Positions 32,372 to 35,921 of a stretch of 35,921 bases of DNA are shown one piece after another. Below the pieces are notes generated by a model. That model saw nothing but the letters and a program-made list of their open reading frames with translations. It did not search any database and had not been told where the DNA came from. Numbering within the stretch: position 1 is the stretch's first letter; each line of letters begins with the position of its first letter. Source of the DNA: Octopus bimaculoides (Eukaryota). A program made the translations under genes and the position numbers. The stretch spans positions 9,196,118 through 9,232,038 of the forward strand of contig NC_069002.1 of assembly GCF_001194135.2 (NCBI RefSeq), given 5' to 3'.

Positions 32372-32885
32372 ATGGAGGCGCAATGGCCCAATGGTTAGGG
32401 CAGCTGACTCACGGCTTCGATTCCCAGACCGGGCGTTGTGTGTGTTTATTGAGAGAAAACACCTAAAGCTCCACGAGGCTCCAGCAGGGGGTGGTGGCGA
32501 CTCCTGTTGTACTCTTTCTCTCACTCTTCCTTCCTGTTTCTTGAGTAACGCTGCGACGAACTGGCGTCCCGTCCAGCTGGGGGGNNNNNNNNNNNNNNNN
32601 NNNNNNNNNNNNNNNNNNNNNNNNNNNNNNNNNNNNNNNNNNNNNNNNNNNNNNNNNNNNNNNNNNNNNNNNNNNNNNNNNNNNNNNNNNNNNNNNNNNN
32701 NNNNNNNNNNNNNNNNNNNNNNNNNNNNNNNNNNNNNNNNNNNNNNNNNNNNNNNNNNNNNNNNNNNNNNNNNNNNNNNNNNNNNNNNNNNNNNNNNNNN
32801 NNNNNNNNNNNNNNNNNNNNNNNNNNNNNNNNNNNNNNNNNNNNNNNNNCGCCATAGAAACCGGGAAACCAGGCCCATGGGCAGC
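32372..32885 (+). mobile_element. Family B head with an alternative V-domain-like 3' module (spans gap)
   Basis: The first ~165 nt match 30845-31020. It then switches to GACGAACTGGCGTCCCGTCCAGC...[gap]...GCCATAGAAACCGGGAAACCAGGCCCATG. Confidence 0.75.
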
Positions 32886-34670
32886 TCTGTGTCAAATCAT
32901 CCAACCCATGCCAGTATGAAAAACGGATGTTAAACAATGATGATGTTGAATGTTTAATTAAGTAAATTTAATATTTAATTTAGAGCGTGTTGATCTACCT
33001 TGGTTCTGAAAAATCAGTTATCTGTAAAGGCTTTGATACCAAAGATTCCAGAAAATCAAAGTTATATCTGTATGTTAATTAAACATGATTGACATAAGCA
33101 CTTTCTTCTCCTCAAACACATAAATTAAAATATACACACACACATAAACCGAATAAGGTGGGGAGGGAAGAGGAGAATGAGAGATACATTAAAAGGTCAG
33201 ATGTCCAAATAAGTTGGTGTCAAACCAGCAACACTATAATAGCTGTGCCAAAACATATCCATAAATTTAGAAGCAATTATATATTGGAGGTTAATCTAAT
33301 TAAATTTAGGTTTTTTTAAGTTAGAAATTGTTATTTATTATTATTATTATTGCATGAGACACACATTAACCATGAATATTTAGCACTGAACATATGGTGA
33401 TGAACCTAACTCTATAACCATAATATTGTGACTGTTGTGCCTCTGAGCAAGGAACAGATTCTGCTTGATTGACAAAATATACTCCTACTTCAGAGATGAG
33501 TGATAAACAACAGGAAAAAAAAAATGGTTCTAACAAAGAATTATTTAAACTCTCCTGGCATGACTGATCATTATTGCAAAATATATCTACATCCATTCTC
33601 TGAACCATGAACATGACATCATTTTTGCCAGACTGACAAAATATATTCCTACTTCACACAAGAAAATAGTAATGGCTCTGCCAAAAAATATTCTATCCAA
33701 GCATGACTGATATCATTATCATCATTTAACAAGATTTGATGACAAATCTGCCAGCTCACCACCTTAATAATAATGATAATAATAATAATAATAATAATAA
33801 TAATGGAATGTGTTGTTTAAAACTAATGCTAACAGGTTTAAATTTCCGTAAGATTTTACTATTATTTTACTTGCGCTGTTTTATCAAGCATTCATCACTG
33901 GAAAAATTGTTGTTATAAATATGTACAAGGAGAAATTTCTTTTTGCAGACAGCTTGATGTTTCTCTGTTATTAACTGTGAAGTAGGTTAGTTGTCAGGTA
34001 AAGCGGATTAAGGTAGAGTCACCTGACTCAACAAGCATATTTAAACTCAGAACTACACAAAAATATTTTGGGTGTTGTTCCAAATGAAATACTAACCCCA
34101 CTACCATCACCACATAAAAAATATAATTTATAGCAATTAATGACATAATTATTAGCAATTTATATTAATTGAAATTCATGTAAATAATACCAAATACCAA
34201 AATTTAAATGTAATTAAAAGAAGAAAAATTTGTTTTAAAATGGAAATAATAATAATAATAATAACGATTTCAAATTTTGGCACAATGCCAGCAATTTTGG
34301 GGAAGGGATTAAGTCAATTACATCGACCCCAGTGCATAACTGGTACTTATTTTATCGACCGTGAAAGGATGAAAGGCAAAGTCGACCTCAGCGGAATTTG
34401 AACTCAGAATGCAAAGACAGATGAAATGTCACTAAGCACTTTGCTCGGATCGATAACGTTTCTGCCAGCTCGCCGTCTTGAAAATATTAATTAATAATGA
34501 TAATGAAGATAAAAACGTGATAAAATATCACCAGTGTGTTGATTAACCAAACATTTTGTTTATATTTCACACCAGATTCGAACTGTTAAATACAGTTAAA
34601 CAGAGTGTTAAACACAAGCAACACAACTAAAAATATTAGCATGTAGAAATATATATATATATATATATAT

Positions 34671-34928
34671 ACCGGAGTAAGCACCTGAAATGTGCAACAA
34701 GGTGGAAAAAAGAGTACTCAAATACCAGAGGTAGAGTAATATGCTTTGTTTAAAAGCAGCAGAAATATAACAAAAGGCTGTTACTCTGAGTTCCACGTTC
34801 CCGTTCATCGGACTGTCCGATGAACGGGAACGTGGAACTCAGAGTAACAGTCTTTTGTTATATTACTCTACCTCTGGTATTTGAGTACTCTTTTTTCCAC
34901 CTTGTTGCACATTTCAGGTGCTTACTCC

Positions 34929-34931
<3 letters not shown>
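34671..34931. mobile_element. Palindromic (inverted pLTR-like) Penelope-like element fragment inserted in (TA)n
   Basis: Arms 34671-34813 and 34815-34931 with a 1-nt spacer. 116/117 identity plus a 26-nt indel in the left arm. (TA)n on both flanks. The Penelope assignment is inferred from the architecture and the hammerhead motif. Confidence 0.7.
34810..34853 (+). ncRNA. Minimal type I hammerhead ribozyme-like motif (variant core)
   Basis: Stem I GGACUGU (34810-16)/ACAGUCU (34847-53); core CCGAUGA; stem II ACG-GGAA-CGU; GGA in place of GAA; palindromic stem III ACUC-A-GAGU; predicted cleavage after A34846. Two core deviations: U4C and A13G. Confidence 0.62.
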
Positions 34932-35000
<69 letters not shown>

Positions 35001-35353
35001 TAGTTCTGTTTAGGAATGTAGCCATTCATAATGTATTATTATTATTATTATATGTACAATTGCAAACATTCGGTTAAAAACCTGACTAACATTTCATACC
35101 TCCCTCCCATGATAAAAATATTTAGAAATTTTAAAATGTAAAGAAAGAATGTTTTGATACAAAAACTTCTTCCTTTTTTTTTGCTTTTTAAATGATTATA
35201 CATACATATATCATATGTATATTAATAGAGACTGTATATATAACATGTTTATATATGTTTGTTATAGTTTTGAATATATGAGATCACAGAATTTTTAATG
35301 ATAAATATGTATACGTGTTGTGGTTGTGCATGTGTGTGTGTGTGCGTTTTCTC

Positions 35354-35524
35354 TCAAGTATCGTAATATTGAGACAATGTATTTTCATTTGAACAACAAA
35401 CTGCTGCTTTGTAAGTATGCAATAAAAGACGAGGAAATCTGGATGTGAAATATTCAATAAACTCTGTAGGGAATGAACCTAATGACCTTTGGACTGCTTC
35501 TGGGAGTTCTTTATAATGGTTTCT
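35354..35524 (-). CDS. ERN1: IRE1/ERN1 kinase-endoribonuclease, last coding exon (end of RNase/KEN domain); rest of gene lies beyond the window
   Basis: After a pyrimidine tract and CAG acceptor (35527-35525) the frame reads RNHYKELPEAVQRSLGSFPTEFIEYFTSRFPRLLLHTYKAAVCCSNENTLSQYYDT*. This matches the IRE1 C-terminus (KHHYRELP...LGSLP..F..YFTSRFP.LL.HTY), with the catalytic His (human H910 equivalent) retained. Confidence 0.9.
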   Translation of the reverse strand, partial: RNHYKELPEAVQRSLGSFPTEFIEYFTSRFPRLLLHTYKAAVCCSNENTLSQYYDT

Positions 35525-35658
35525 CTGGAAAAATAAAGAAAGAAAGAACATAAGAAACAATGTTTAAAAATACATTTTGTTATGGTATGTGTGTGTGTGT
35601 GTGCGCGTATACACAACAACAACAACACACAAATCAATTATATATACACATACACAAA

Positions 35659-35700
35659 TACAAGGGGGTGCCGAAAAGTTCCTGGCTTTGAGTAAATACA
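35659..35700 (+). mobile_element. Mariner-type terminal fragment
   Basis: TA-CAAGGGGGTGCCGAAAAGTTCCTGGCTTTG resembles mariner TIRs. The partner end is not in the window. Confidence 0.4.
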
Positions 35701-35921
35701 AGAGGATCAGTTTAATTATGAAAGGCTTCTGCAATAAGTGTGTGATTCAGAGAGGGGAATAATAATAATAATAATAATAATAAAAATAACAAGAGCACTC
35801 AGAGAGCGCAAACCTCTGCCGAGGCAATACCAATGTCCTATTAACGATTAGCCAGAGATGATTTTTAAAATGAGAATATCTGAAATAAACGCGATTGCTT
35901 TCACAAACGAGAATACTAAAA

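Noticed and set aside
5936-33918. Long ORFs containing X runs or poly-I, VC, YI, H or N tracts
   Set aside because: Artefacts of N gaps and microsatellites.

Overview
AT-rich, microsatellite- and SINE-dense animal genomic DNA from a gapped scaffold (7 N-runs). The repeat families suggest an octopus/coleoid cephalopod, which is an inference. Four protein-coding units can be supported. (1) and (2) are a tandem pair of 9-coding-exon, PLP-dependent low-specificity L-threonine aldolase (THA1/GLY1/LtaE family) genes on the + strand (2765-11333 and 16137-21983) with matching exon phases. The downstream copy is near canonical. The upstream copy keeps an open frame, all splice sites and the PLP lysine, but has a heavily remodelled active site. 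(3) is an intronless PSMD8/Rpn12 proteasome lid subunit (24485-25288, +). (4) is the last coding exon of IRE1/ERN1 (RNase/KEN domain, 35354-35524, -). The rest is transposon-derived: several SINE families, an RTE LINE 3' end, a dead mariner transposase, hAT, Tc1/mariner, pogo and piggyBac-type MITEs, a 230-bp foldback, and a near-perfect palindrome in a (TA)n tract that carries a minimal hammerhead-ribozyme fold typical of Penelope-like elements. All alignments and identities were done by hand.
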